Source: Camelus ferus (lineage: Eukaryota). Taken from it: a stretch of 64,000 bases of DNA. The notes under the pieces were generated by a model that saw only the letters and a program-made list of their open reading frames with translations, was not told where the DNA came from and made no database searches. Where the stretch lies: the NCBI RefSeq assembly GCF_009834535.1, contig NC_045697.1:98024001-98088000 (forward strand). The letters run 5' to 3'. Every line of letters starts with the position of its first letter. Within the stretch, counting starts at the first letter, position 1. Made by a program: the position numbers and the translations under genes. Positions 1 through 14,349 of this stretch are shown piece after piece.

Positions 1-3000
1 TTTCTGTATAACGATCTCTGCCTACATCAACTTTAGAAAATATATTCAGACAGGAGACACATTCAACACTGAAGACCAGGATGCCAGGGGAGAATAATGA
101 CTTATTACAAATAGCTCATTTCAGATAATACCAGAGATTTATTCAACTAGATGCTCCCGGGTCCTGATGTCTGACAGCTGTACTAGAATGCAAACACAGT
201 ATCTGCCTCTGCAGTGGTTCTCACAAACAGGAGCTTTTAAACACTCTGATTTTTTTCAAATGGATTTTTGTAATGGAAGGAAAAATATCAGAGAGAGTGG
301 AAATCAAATTATTTTTTGCTTTTCCCTTATAGCCACTTTAAAACAGTTTCAGAGGTTGTTTTGCTAAGGAACTTGCTAGCAGCACACAAATAACTCCATT
401 TTCAAAGTGAAATGAACAGGGATAGAATGACTATAAACACATCAGCTACCTTTCTGGATTTGTCCTGGTTTTCATCACTAAGTTTTTGCTTGATGTAAGA
501 GTGTGATTCCTTTTTAGGAGAGTTATTATACTGAAACAAACAAACAAACAAACAAAGCAAAACATTATTTGAAATGGAAAACCAGGAAAAAAAAAGATCC
601 AAGGTATGAAATTTCAAAAGAAAACTTCCCTGTGGCACTACTGCTTTTATTTTTAAGGTATCGATCTTTATTGTTTACTTAGACTTTCAGAGCTGAAAAG
701 AAAACGACACAATTATCTAACTCGCCTCCCTGTTTTAAAGTAAGGAAATTTTTGTTTTATTAATGAATGCAAAAATCCTTTTTTTTTCCCCAAAAATTAT
801 TTCTGCACTACAATAACTTAGTATTTCCCATTATGAATGTTCCTTGATTCTGGCTCGAATATTGCTATTTATTCCAAAGAACATTCTTTTCAGCAAAGTA
901 AATCTTAAAAGTGCACAGCAATTACAAACTTTATTTTTAAATACATTTGTGAGTAACACTGTCCAACCTGAAAGCGCTAGACTTAGGAATTCAGTGCAAG
1001 TTTTTTTTTCTTATACTTATCCAGTGACCTCAGGATAAGTTGTACCCCATCAAACTGGTGGTATTCTATGCTGCTCAGTGTAAGGCCTGCTAAATCACTT
1101 AGGAGCAACATAATCTGAAATATGGGCTGTGTGTTGCTAGAATGAAAATTCAGATGTTATGTCTGTTTCTTAGTTTGATATGTTCCCTTAATCTTCAGCT
1201 GTCAGAAAAACTTGGGGTGTTATATTTTTTATGGTTTAAAAAGTATGGACAGATGTGAGACCACAGTTCTTTTAAGCAAAAAGATTATGTTTTCACAATT
1301 CAAATAATCTAGTAAAGAAGAAACTTTGTTTATAAACAATATCTTATTGTTACCACTGGGTTATAACATCATAAAATAGCAAAACAGAAGTCTAATCTTT
1401 CATGGCCCAATGTTTAAAAATACATATATGTATATATTTTTATTTTTATATACATCCACCTACATTTGGATATATATTAATTGCAAGTCACACAACCAAA
1501 AATTAATACATTGTGTGTAATTTATTATCTTCATTCGAAGTCTGTAAACTAAACACATAAAGTTTGACAGCTTGTAGCCTTGCAAACCACAAACAGGCAT
1601 TTACAATCATCAGAAAAGGAGAAGTTTTTTCTCTTTTTTTCTGATAATAATTCTGTGGAATCCCTTTAGAATATCAAAGTAATGTTCAGAGAGAAAAGGA
1701 AACCAGGAAGTACATCTGTGATCATTATATCCACTGCAAGGGAAAAAAGTTTTAAAAGAAATTTGTGAGAAAACACCATTGTCAATATTATAACAAATAA
1801 GCAGGTAAGAATAAGGTAAAGAAAGGTAAAACATAAGCTAACACTGTTTCAAAGTAAACCTTTAGCCTGAAATTTATTCCACTGGATTTATTCAAGGCTA
1901 CCCAGGACTGGGTCTTTATTGGCCTTCTTAATTTTTTTCCCCAATGAAAACTGTCTCTAAATGTACTATTTGCACTGCTCTGCTCCAAAGCAAACTATTT
2001 TTAGAAAACTACATTGAATTTAATGGGAATAATTAGAACCATGAGGCTTCCAAGAGTTTTAGAAAATTATTTAAATCTTTGTGAATTTTTAAAATAAGAA
2101 CTCCTGTTATGCACAGATTATTGGGTCAGTATTTATATTTAAACAGAAATATAATTGTGAAACACAAACATAATATGCTTGGCTTATACAGCATTTTATA
2201 TTTTCTAAAACGTTTTAATGTACTTCACCTTATTTGGTTGGCAGACCCTGTATTATAGGTTAATTAGTTATTATCGTATACCCTGAGCATTTGCTGGGCC
2301 AATTTCTCTCTCTGCTTTCAATCAGCACTGTCTTTTGTTCTTTTCCATGACAACAAAAGAAAGAACCTAAGCCTTAACTTGGTAGGGAAGTCATAAAGAA
2401 TTTATTTTATATGCGTCATAGTTGAAGTATTAGCAATCTAGCTTTGATCCTGAGTTAAATACCTGAACATTGGTTTGCCCAATTATGGAGAAAGACTTTT
2501 CACTGCTTGTAGGGACATGATACTGTTTTTGTTAAAATGCTTGAAAAAATAAGACTACTTTATGTGCAAATCATGTATGCCACAAACATCTGTATTTACG
2601 TATATATGTGATCACTATTTAAATTACAAATTCAAAACTGCAAAATAGGCAGCAGCAAAATTCAATGTGATGAGGAGTATTTTTATTCCCAGACTTGGAA
2701 AGCTGACTTTTTGACTTTGGTATTCTACCCATGACTTGGTAGAGAGAAGAAAAAAGGATTTTAATCTGAGATTCCTCAGATGCTGGCCTTATTTAAAATT
2801 ATGAGCAGTATCAGCTCATTTAGGTACCTTGACAAAAAAGTTGTCAATAGTGCAAAAGTGATTTAGAGATTTAATTCTTCACCTAGATGACTAAAAATGA
2901 AATAAATGTAAAGATGTGCAGTATATAGACAATACTGGCCAATATTATTTGAAGGGTATTACTAATGCTTGTCAAGTGAGCAAAGAGACTGTCCCAGGCA

Positions 3001-3417
3001 TCCTGGTCCCAAGCATCCTGAGCTTTCCCACAGTTCATCATGTGTCTGGGTTTCCTGGCCAACAGAAAGCAAGGACTCAAATATATGTCATATACAGGTG
3101 ACTTCAACCCCAAATATCAAGTTGTACCTGTTGGTGTACCTGAGAGTTGAGATGCCTCCCAGAGGGAAAAATGAAACTTAAAACTTTGACTTTGTAAATG
3201 TCCACTAAAGCCTCTCGGACTGGGAAGAGCAAGCAAAAGGACCCATACTCACAGATGCTCGTACCCTGAGAGAGTATATCTTATATAGGCTGAAGGAGGC
3301 AGCACAGAGCACAGGATGCTGGATTTAACAGGAGGACCTGCGCTTCAGAGGAGAACCCATCCACCTCCAATGGCATGGGAAGCACTTTGCACACTCCAGG
3401 ATGAAGGGGTCGGGAGG

Positions 3418-4441
3418 CAAAGATAGGTTTACCATGAAGCAAATGAACTTTAAGCTTCAAGGACTCTCAATATGCCTGAGAGTTTAAAGAAGTGTTTGAA
3501 TGGTCATGAAGTTTTGGAAATTTACCAAACATAAGATGTTTTAATGCCAACCACTAAAGACCACCAACTCTCTCTATCCCAATTTCTACTCTGGGTCAAG
3601 TGGTTGCAGGCATGTTTGGGATCCATTAAAGTATAAGTTGAGTCAGGGGTGCATTTATATTGGGTTTAATGAGATATATTCCTGTGGTCCTCAGTCATTT
3701 ATGTGTGTGGTTAGGTTACTGCCGGCTGGGAGAGGCTTCCAGGAACACACTACCGCATAGACACACCCAGTTTCAGGACGCAAACAGGCAGATCCAGAGA
3801 TCAGATCACAATGTGAGCAAACTCTTTAGCACCTGGAACCAGAGCTTGTGGGTAGGGAGGAAGTGAGATATGAAATGTACAGAGCCAGAAACTAGACTGT
3901 GGGAAAATTTTACAATCATTAGATAAGTTAAAATTGTAAGCAGAGAATTTGATTCACATCGACAACTAGTCAAAAGGAATTGACTCCTGTCAAAAATACA
4001 CTTGATAAATAAGTGTCTACAATTATAAACACACCATAGTGATTTTCTGAAATTCTACAATCCTAAAAATTGACATGATGGTATCAATATTAAGTGGTGA
4101 AAACATCAATAAAAACAAATTTTAATCAACCATCCCAAAGGAAAGACAGAATTATCTCTCTATACTTTACAGAAAATATTATAAAACCTTTCTTATATGA
4201 AAAGGTATTCAAAGAATATTCAGCCCAAAAGTGGAGGAAAAAAGTATCTTAGTGGTGTGGGGATTTTTTTGATGTCCTTGGAATTAAGTCAACTTTTTAA
4301 AACATGCTGTGGTTTTTGGATTCTGTATCAGTAGTCTCTTTCATTGCCTAAATTTGTATTCATACTTTTGTATCCTTTCCTTAAAGAGTTTCTACAAAAT
4401 TATATGAATGTCAGGTTTGATGAGACCTATATCTTTCCCTG
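3418..4441 (+). mobile_element. hAT-Tip100 DNA transposon deletion derivative (Arthur1/MER69-like)
   Basis: Start 'caaagataggtttaccatgaagcaaatgaactttaagcttcaagg' and end 'tgagacctatatctttccctg' resemble Arthur1 termini. Decayed hAT C-terminal remnant near 4130-4170 ('gaaagacagaattatctctctatact', ERLNYLSIL-like). Confidence 0.75.
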
Positions 4442-4899
4442 AGTGGTGTATTAATACTAATTTTCCCTCATTTATACCTGAACCAGGATGCTGAGTAGGA
4501 TTCTTCCAATAGTCTGAGATTGCTACTGAAGTCCCGAAGTTGACAACTCTTGGTGGTAAATATCACACAGACTCTACAGAGTGCAATACATTTCCATAGG
4601 ACCCACCAGGGGTTCTGTCTGCTACCCCAAACATCACACACCCTATCTCAGCCTTCTAGCCTTACATAAAAGCAGACTAAACATCTCAAAGAGAATGAGA
4701 AAGAATCACGAGTCATTGGTCTAAAGAGAGACTGTAACGTGTACGTCTCCTCCCATGCAGATTAACTTTCCAAGCCTCCTTCACATGCCCCTGCCCTGAG
4801 AGGCAGCCTGTCTGGGCTGCATCAGTGGATTCATGCTCTCTGGCTGTCCTTGGCTGCCACTCTTGGGAAGAGAGGGCAGGAGATGAGAGACAGGAAGGA

Positions 4900-5130
4900 G
4901 AGCTGTAGTGTTATAAGAGCTGGCTGCATCTATCAGGTGAAAAACACAACTCTTGTTGGGAGAACTTCTCTCCAACCAGCTCTGTCTCCGGCTCCAATAA
5001 CCACTTTCTCCCTAATCTATCAGTCTTAGAGGTAGTGGCTGTCAGAATTCCAGGGTACTGAATTCTCCTTTTTGATGTTCCTATATCCTTCCCACATCTT
5101 TTTAAATGGCCATTTTTTAATGAATAAGTA
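4900..5130 (+). mobile_element. old ERVL LTR fragment (LTR33-like)
   Basis: 'ctccaataaccactttctccct...cttagaggtagtggc...ttcccacatctttttaaatggcc' resembles the LTR33 3' half. Confidence 0.4.
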
Positions 5131-5213
5131 AAATGTATTGTTTTACTTGGATCACTTTATCTCAAGTTATATTTTCTCACCCATAGGCTTTCCAAGTTGA
5201 GCTTTTTCTTCTC

Positions 5214-5436
5214 CAATTTTTTTTATCATAAAATGCACAACATTGACTATATTTATCACTTGTAAGTGTACAGTTCAAGTGATATTAAGTATATTCATAT
5301 TGTTGGACAATCATCACCATCATCCATCTCCAGAACTCTGCATCTTGCAAACCTGAAATTCTGCACTCATTAAACAATAACTCCTTCTTCTTCCCTCCCC
5401 CAGTCCCTGGCAACCACCATTCTACTTTCTGTCTCT
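5214..5436 (-). mobile_element. LINE-1 3' UTR (L1MB-like), non-inverted part of an inverted insertion
   Basis: 'aagtgtacagttcaag...ccatctccagaac...cagtccctggcaaccaccattctactttctgtctct' is an antisense L1MB 3' end with a T-run on the left. Confidence 0.85.
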
Positions 5437-6043
5437 AAAAAGACAACCTACAGAATGGGAAAAATACTTATATCATATATTTGATAACGGATTAATTATG
5501 CAGATTATATGGAAAACTACCAACACTTACCAACAAAAACACAATTCGATTTTAAAAATGGTGAAAGGCTTGAACAATTTCTCCAAAGAAGATACACAAA
5601 TGGCCAAAAAGCACATGAAAAGATGTATCACTAATCATTAATGAAATGCAAATCAAAACCACAATGAGATACCATATCAAACCCATTAGGAAGAATACCA
5701 TTTAAAAAACCCACAGAAAATAATAATACAGGTAAAAATGTGGAGATGTTGGAACTTTAGGGCACTCACCTATCAAGGAATGCAAAATGGTACAACAGCT
5801 ATGGAAAACAGTATGGTAATTCCTAAAAAAAAAAAATACAATTACATGTGTTCTACTAATTCTGCTTCTAAGCATATACACAAAAGATTTGAAATCAGGG
5901 TCTCAAAAGTGATATTTTGTACAACCATGTTTATAACAGCATTGTTCACAAAGCTAAAACACAGCATCGACAGATGAATGGATAAACAAAATGTAGTATA
6001 TACACACAATGAAATACCATTCAGCCTTAACTAGGAAGTAAAT
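5437..6043 (+). mobile_element. LINE-1 ORF2 3' end, inverted segment
   Basis: 'aaaagacaacctacagaatggga', 'gaaatgcaaatcaaaaccacaatgagatacca', 'gatgaatggataaacaaaatg' are ORF2 C-terminal motifs. Confidence 0.9.
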
Positions 6044-6572
6044 AGTCTCTTTGTCCCTCAAGGTTTTTTTAAACCCCTCTTGATCCACTTGAAAAGTCAT
6101 ATCTATTTCTTATTGTCATTCAAACAATATATCTACAACAACTACGTGCAGGGGTTTTCAGGAAAATCACTCAAAGAGATTAGATGTCAACCAAAAGAGG
6201 AAACAGGCTTTTAAATATCTCTGGACTTCTGCTTATTCAGAGGACTTGCTGGTCTTCCCTCTCAGCTGTGGGGTTTCCTGCCAGAGGCAGGAGCTGAGGG
6301 GACTCAGAAGGGTCACACAGGAACACATTCCCTCGGGTCATGGACTGGAGCACCGGGAAGTCACCTGCAGAGCCTCCTAAGAGTGTGCATGTGTCCCATG
6401 AGATGACCCCTGTTTAAGTTCCTGCCACTAAGGGCAGCACAGCAGAATCCTGAGAAGCAATCGAGAGGGAACTGCTTAGTATCATGCGCTCAGTTACACA
6501 AAAGACATTTTTTCTATTTCCTTTCCCCTCTTCCAAGCTCCAACACCCTGGAGGATCCAAAGGATGTAAGAG

Positions 6573-6798
6573 TAGGGTTACCAGACAAAATACAGAATGC
6601 CCATGCATTTGAATTTCAGATCAACAGCAACAAGAAAAAAACATTAGTATAAATATGTACCATGAAATATCTGGATTATATTTATACTAAAAAGAACTTA
6701 CTTGTCTGATTCAAAGTAAACTGGGCATCTTGCGTTGCTTTTTTTTTTTTTTTTTTGATTGTTGTTGTTATTGTTTGTTTTCTAAATGTGACAAACTA
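6573..6798. mobile_element. MER53 palindromic hAT MITE
   Basis: 'tagggttaccagacaaaatacagaatgccca...tttgaatttcagat...ttagtataaatatg / atttatactaaaaag...ctgggcatctt...tctaaatgtgacaaacta'. Flanks atgtaaga/atataaga look like an 8-bp TSD. Confidence 0.8.
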
Positions 6799-8059
6799 AT
6801 ATAAGATAAAGGAGACAGCGTCTCAGGATCAGAGCTTCTCCCACCCATATGCACACACACAATTTAGAGCTGATCAGTGAGGAGGAGGAGAAGAGAAAGT
6901 TTTAGATCACAAATGAGATTGAATTCTAAACTATTCTAGACCAGAATGGACTTTTTTCCATGATAAAAAAAAACAGGAAGGAAATTTCTACAGTGTCTCC
7001 TAAGTCCCTCTAAAGGGTGACAAGGAGAAAAAGCAAAACAAGTTCATGTTTTGGTGCCTCATCAATTTCAGGTTTATTCAGGAAGATAATTAAATGTCCA
7101 GAACTTGATAAAATGTTCAAATACAACATTAATTCTAATGTGGAACATAGCTATCTACATACAGAAAACTACCATCCCTAGAAATAGATGCAATGAGTTT
7201 GTGGAACAACAGCCATGACATTCTTTGAGGACGGATGCCAGAATTTTGATGAGGATTCTCAGAGATCAGTGAGGGCTTGGGAAATATCAGAGAACTGAGA
7301 TGCAAATGAAAATGAGGACTTTCCAGCCTCGTATTTAAAGCCACTGTGCAGACATAAAGTGCTTAGCTGGAGGTTCAAGTGGGAATAGCAGGAATAGAGC
7401 CCTGATAGAGTGTTCTGAGGATGCTGATTGCTGTGCAGCCTCCAGAGATCTCTCGTGAAAGAAAGGGATGTCTAGAAAGTGATACTTACACACCACCACG
7501 GATACTCAATTTTTCAAAAGACTGAACCTCTTCCAAAAGAGAGAAGGAAAAAACTGTAAGAATAGCCCACATCTTACGACCTGACATTAATCAGAAAGAT
7601 AGGATCATCTAATACAATGGACAAAGAGTGTGTTCTCTCTAGCCTTTGATAGAAACCAGGAAGGCACAAAAATACGGGGAATTCTGCATCTGTCTTAGGG
7701 GAAGAAAACTGGGAGCCCTACTTGAAACGGATTATTGAGATGCAAGCCTACTGTTCTCCTGAACTTAAGCTAATTTGGGGAAAGCAGGAGAGGGAGGTCA
7801 AAGTCAATGAAAACTGAAAGAGGGAATTCCAGATGAGAAACTGTTTATAGTCATGAAGAACCCTAGCAGGGCCTTAAGTAGAACAGATGATTCCTGGGAA
7901 CACTGTTCAGTGACAACTTTAAAGACCTGAGACTCAGTAAATCAGACAGGTTGACCCTGCTTCCTTGAGTGAGTGTTCAGGTATCAGATGTCAATGTGGT
8001 AGATCTTCTTCTCATAAACTGATAGAATACTAAGCAAGGTGAAGAATAATATAGAAGGC

Positions 8060-8310
8060 CTACCTTGTAGGGACAGAGATCAATTCACCTGTGTAAAATT
8101 GTCAGAGAACCCCTTTCTGAGAAAGCAGCATTTAAGATGAGGAGTCAGCCTTGCAACAGCAAAAGGGAAGAGCAACTAGACTAAACAGTATGTGGTATGG
8201 TTTCAAGGTGAAAGGCAGCTTTGCATGTTTGAGGTACTGAATGGAAATCCATTTGGCTGGAGCACAGTGAGAGAGCAAATGGCACAAAGGAGTTAGGGAG
8301 GTAAGTTATA
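8060..8310 (-). mobile_element. L2 fragment
   Basis: 'gtcagagaacccctttctgagaaagcagcatttaagatgag...tttggctggagcacagtgag' is typical antisense L2 3' region. Confidence 0.6.
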
Positions 8311-9798
8311 AGTTAAACAAGAAAATGAATAAATGAAGGATGTTTGCATTCCATTTAGCAGCCAGATTTGTGAAAAAAGGTACAAAGTGAATAGCAACTG
8401 TTTTGTACAGGAAAGAAAAGTAAAATGGACCCCAAGAAACTAGAAATAGAAAAGAATTTAAAGTCTTGGGGAAAGACATAAATGTGTAAAGTAGGTGTGG
8501 GGTCCATGGTTAGAAAGAAAGACTTCTCCCCTTGATTCAAGAAAGCTGGTGAAGCAGAGATTCCCTGCCCAGAACCCCCACATTTGGAAAGCATCAGTGC
8601 AAAGAAAAGCTCCCTTGTTTCTTTCCATGAAGCTGCAAGAGGACCATCACTTAAAACAGGTATTACGGGAAAACCTGTGTGCTCAGGTTTTTCCTACTTG
8701 CAAAGAACAGCTCCTAGGTGACTGGTTTTTGAGAAGATGGCAGTCATTCCCATTGAAAATTAGAAAGTATCATATAGTCAATACTGAGAATTACTTAGAT
8801 AACTATGAACATAACTGTCAACTTCTTGAGACAAAGTAGAAGTAAGTCAAGAAAATAGATCTTTAAATCATTAAATGTTGGAACCGGAAGATAACTTGAA
8901 GTACAAGTCATCAATCTCTCGATTTTATGAATTGGGAAAGTGAATCAAAAATAAAGCAAGTGACTGAAGGACAGCTATAACAGATTTGATGGTTACTAAT
9001 TTAATTAATGTATGCTCCCCCTTGTCCATCCTTTTACCTCCAAGTTTACCATACACAAACCTTTAAAACCTCTGAAGAAAGTGAAGTGGTATCCAAGAAC
9101 AGCCTTTCTATTGATGAATGAAGTGAATGGAATGTAAGTTTTCATCTACCTATTTCCTGCAAGAGAGAAATTTGGGGAGCTTAACATCTCCTTCTTCGAG
9201 AGCACACAGTAATTTGCAGAGGCGTTGACTTCAAAATCCCATCTGTAATGTTGCCAGAGCAACCATGGCCCAGTGAACTTGCTCCAGAAGTTACCAGTTA
9301 TTAGAAAAGTAAGATAACTCAGAGCAGAGGCCTGTAACAATTCTTCGCCAACAAAATGTAATTCAGAGAAAGTAATTATTAATTTTGAATGACCCTGTTA
9401 TTTCAAAGACAAACCTATCCACTTTATAAGTATAAATATCAAAACTAAATTTTTATAATATAAATTGTTTAAAGAGGGGCAGCAATTCAGGAAGAATTAC
9501 TAAAATGAGTAATTCTAGAGTTTGGGACTCTAAACATTTTGGGCTATCAAAATTTCCAAGCCAATTTTTAAAATCCTGTATCTCAAAATATGTTTAATAC
9601 CTTGGTAAATAATCAGCTCTCATATTTCAATTATTTTTTCTCCACAGTCAGGAACATATTTTTTTCCCTTGACGGTAAAATTTTAAAAAATAATATACAA
9701 ACTGCTGATTTAGAGAATGTGATCCTAGTAAAAAATGTATCATCTCTCTGAATCTTCCTGATCCATTTCAATCTGTAGTTTCTTATGCAACAAAATGA

Positions 9799-10307
9799 TG
9801 TTGTAAGCAAAAGACGGCCCCCCAAGAGATGTCCACATTCTAAACCTCAGAACCTATGAATGTTAGTTTACATGGCAAAGGGGAATTTACTGTACAGATG
9901 GAATTAGGTTGTAAATCAGCTGACCTCTAAATAGGGAGATTATCCTGAAATACCCAGATGGGCCCAATTAATTACAATGGTCTTTAAATATCAAAGAAGG
10001 GGGCAGAAGATTCCATGTCGGAATTAGACAATCTGAAAAAGACTTGAATGGCCATTACTGGCTTTGAAGATGGAAGGGGCCAGAGTCAAGTCATGTGGGC
10101 AAGTGGAAAAGGCAAGAAAACACATCCTCTCCCAGAGCCTCCAGAAAGGAAGGCAGCCCAGCTCTCATCTTGATTTTAGCCCAGTGAGACCCATTTTGGA
10201 TTTCTGACCTCTTGAAGTCCAAACAATTGGACTGTAAGATGATACGTTTGTATTGTTTTAAACTACCAAGTAGTAATTTGTTACAGCAGTCACAGGAAAC
10301 TAATATA
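9799..10307 (+). mobile_element. MaLR solo LTR (MLT1D-like)
   Basis: 'tgttgtaagc...ggccccccaagagatgtccac', 'tagggagattatcctg', 'cccagagcctccagaaagga', end 'ggaaactaatata'. 5-bp TSD aatga/tatga. Confidence 0.9.
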
Positions 10308-11140
10308 TATGACAAGGGAATACATATACAATCACCTAGGTTTGTGAATAATATTGAGTAAGATTGAGTTAAGAAAAATAATTGAATTTGGAAATTAACT
10401 TCTCAACAATTTCATGCTAGACTTTCCAAAAGAAAATCAACAAATTAAGCTCCCAAAAGAGCATGAAAGAAGCAGTATTGTATGCACAGGATATACAACT
10501 TGTTTAATGTTGTTTTATACTAGCCACATTCTCTCTTCTTCAGAACAATTACTTCTTTAAAACTTCTGCATTGCCTATTATAAATTTAAAAATAAAATTA
10601 ATCTGTACCATTTTAGTTATTTAAGTACTCTAATCAATCACTCAATATTTATTGAGCTCTCTTGGTCCAGCTGTTCTCACAGAACTTATAATCCATTTTA
10701 AGAGACTGATTTTTATTTTTTAACATAAAAAGAATGATACAATAAAAGTTGGAATTGTATGAATAAATCAGATGGAGTGATTTGAGAAGATTCTAATAAA
10801 TATTCATGGGAACGTTAATAAAATGGTGTTTTTATTCAACACTTTAAAGAATAGGATTAAATTAGTCTGATATATTTGCAAACTTTCAAAACCAGAAATA
10901 CAGTAGTAGTCCTTTTAGGCATGTGACATAAATGTAAGTGCTTACTTCTTAGAAAAATAGTTTGATTTATATTTGTATTGCATAAAAATAAATACCAATC
11001 TTTATTAATAAACAAATATGGCTCACAATTTGAATAGTGCTACCCTTATAAGAGAAAACTACCATTACTCATTACATATTACAAAATCTCTGATTATTTG
11101 GGAATTTTTGCCTTCACGTATGTTGCATTTACTATTGGTT

Positions 11141-12268
11141 GTTTTGTGTGTATATATATATATACATATATATGAAGTATAGTCAGTTTACAATGTTGTG
11201 TCAGTTTCTGGTGTATAGCATAATGCTTCAGTCATACATGAACATACATATATTCATTTTCATATTCTTTTTCACCATAAGTTACTACAAGATATTTAAT
11301 ACAGTTCCCTGTGCTATACAGTATGAACCTGTTGTTTACCTATTTTATATATATTAGTTAGCATCTGCAAATCTCAAACTCCCAATTTATCCCTTACCAC
11401 TCCCATCCCCTCAACCAGGTAACTAAGCTTTCTATGCTGTGAGTCTGTTTCTGTTTTGTAAATAAATTCATTTGTCCTTTTTTTTTAGATTCCACATGTA
11501 AGTGATATCATGTGGTATTTTTCTTTCTCTTTCTGGCTTACTTCACTTAGAATGACATTCTCCAGGTCCATCCATGTGGCTGCAAATGGCATTATTTTAT
11601 TCTTTTTATGGCTGAGTAGTATTCCATTATATAAATATACCACAGCTTCTTTATCCAGTCATCTGTTGATGGACACTTAGGTTGTTTCCATGTCCTGGCT
11701 ATCATAAGTAGTTCTGCTGTGAACATTGGGGTGCATATAACTTTTTTGAATTAAGGTTCCCTCTGAATATATGCCCAGGAGTGGGATTGCTGGATCATGT
11801 GCTAAGTCTATTTTTAGTCTTTCAAGGAATCTCCATACTGTTTTCCATAACAGCTGCACCAGACTACATTCCTACCAACAGTGTAGGAGGGTTTCCTTTT
11901 CTTCACAGTCTCTCCAGCATTTATCATTTATGGACTTTTGAATGATGGTGTTTCTGACTGGTGTGAGGTGATACCTCATTGTAGTTTTGATTTGCACTTC
12001 TCTGATAATTAGGGATACTGAGCATTTTTTCATGTGCCTATTCACCATTTGTATGTCTTCATTGGAGAATTGCTTGTTTAGGTCTTCTGCCAATTTTTGG
12101 ACTGGGTTGTTTTTTTTTTAACATTATTATTAAGTTGTATGAGCTGTTTATATATTCTGGAAATTAAGCTCTGGAAATTAAGCCCTTGTCAGTCTCATCA
12201 CTTGCAAATATTTTATCCCATTCCATAGGTTGTTTTTCTGTTTTGCTTATGGTTTCCTTTGCTGTGCA
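11141..12268 (-). mobile_element. relatively young 5'-truncated LINE-1 (cetartiodactyl/camelid-type 3' UTR)
   Basis: ORF-track 11872..12093 and 11677..11859 are L1 ORF2 C-terminus ([24 protein letters not shown]). 3' UTR 'ttccctgtgctatacagta'. Tail decayed to (TA)n. Confidence 0.95.
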
Positions 12269-12289
12269 TGGTATGTTTTATTATAGTTC

Positions 12290-13260
12290 ACTTTGAAATT
12301 ACAAAAGCAACAAATGTTTATTTAAACATGAAGAATAACATAAATATGGTAAAGAAAAAAATGCAATTTTTCTTCTATCACTTTCTCTATTAAGACACCA
12401 ATATTAATAGCTTGACAAATGTTCTTCCTAACTTTTCTCTATGTTAATACAAACAAAAATGTATTTTTAAGTATTAGAATGTGTTGTTATTTTTATAAAA
12501 GTGTGGTCTTTTGTTATGAAAATTCATCTTTTTCCTGCCTTTATTTTCCTCTTAGTAATATTTCATGGATGTCAATATTGTCACTAGCTGCATAATATTC
12601 TCTAGTTTCGATAGTAACTGCACCCTAATTTCTTCAATATTTCCCAGTTAGTGAATCTTTTAGATTGTTTCCACAGAACACAGTGCTGATTCACATCTTT
12701 TTAATGTACCCTTACATATTTATGATTTATATCCTTAAGATAGATTCCCAAAAGCATGCTATTATGTTAAATGGAATGTACACTCTTAATATTAGAAGAT
12801 ATTAGCAGATTACACTCCAAAAGTTGTGGAATATAACTCATAAGAGCAATGCATAAAAACACCCATTTTTCTATCCTCTAAATAACTGAATGCTTCAATC
12901 TTCTAATTTTCAACTATCTTATAGGTGAAAATGGAATATTGCTGATCTTTTACTTGAATCTCTCTCAGATTAAGTACCTTTTCATACATTTGTTTTCTAT
13001 TTTCATTTCTATTTCTGTAGATGACCTACTTTTGTCTTTTGTTCAGTTTTTGTATTCAGCAGTTTTATATTTACATTTACATTTCCTTCTTAACTGGTAG
13101 GAGCTTTTGATATGTAGGGATAGTTATACTTTTTCTACCACATGCATTGCAAATATTTTCTCAGAAATAATTTTGTTATATTTGATGTTTTATAAGTATA
13201 TTTTACTATATAGAAAATGTTAATGTTTATATACTCATATTTGTCATTTTCTACTTCAGA
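12290..13260 (-). mobile_element. ancient LINE-1 (L1ME-like) 3' region
   Basis: 'ctagctgcataatattc', 'ttagattgtttcc', 'taagatagattcccaaaag', 'ataggtgaaaatggaatatt' are degenerate antisense L1 motifs. Confidence 0.65.
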
Positions 13261-14349
13261 AGTAACATCGTTTTTTATTGCAAAGAAAGTACTGATTAAG
13301 CACACTGCATTGGTATTTCTAGTTTTCCATTTATTTATTCAGTATTTAAAATATCTTGAAACTGGCTCACTTAAGTACCAAGCTCACTAACATTATAGTT
13401 TACTGAAAATTATTTTAAAAAGACAATGGTTCTTTTTTTAAATTCCTAAATAATATCTAAAATTGCATGCTTCTGCAGAATTTGAGTTTAGAGGATAGAT
13501 TTTTATTTGATTCTTGAGATTTATTTGACAGTTGACATTTGCTGAAGCAATAGTGGTGTCACTGGCTAAATTGCCCCCTAGAATATTAAGAATATTCTAT
13601 TATTATCAATATAAAATGTTGCACCAAAAAAGTAAGAAGAAATGAATGAATGAGTGAATGAATGAATGTGTCTGTGTGTTTACCTGTAAACAAATGAAGA
13701 AATGCAGAGACAGATTACTAGTTTAGGAGACAGGTAAATTAGCCGGCAGGGATAATGCCATCTGCAACTTAGTATGTGAGAAAATTTTAGTTTAGAGTAA
13801 AATTTCATCACATTCTGTATTATCTGAATCGTCCTAAACCTATTTTCCCCTTTTATGGTAGTATTAAGGCAATATTAACAGAAGTGAACTTTTTTTTCAT
13901 GAAAATCCAAAATAAGTATAAAAAGTAAATCTTGCAAGAAGACCCTCATTATTAGCAAGGGGGTAAATTTACAAGCAAATTGATGGGAATTCCCTCAGGA
14001 TTATCAGATTAATGCCGGCATGTAGTGGGTACGGAAACCATCCAGTTGCCAACTACCCTAAGTCAAGTGGAAACAGAGTTATTTGAAAATCTGAATGGCA
14101 TTCTATGAAAGATATAAAAATACCATAATTCCAAAAATGATTACACCATTCTATATCATTCAAATGAACAGTACCACTGAGTGACCACATTTTCTCTATT
14201 TGATACCCACTATCTGTTCCTTAATGGAAAATAATTACACAAAGAAATCAATAAACAAAAATGATGGATTGTAAAATTATCACTTAATTGTCAAAATAAT
14301 GACAGTCAATACTTTGTGTGTATTATGGAGCAGCAACCATTTTGAATGT

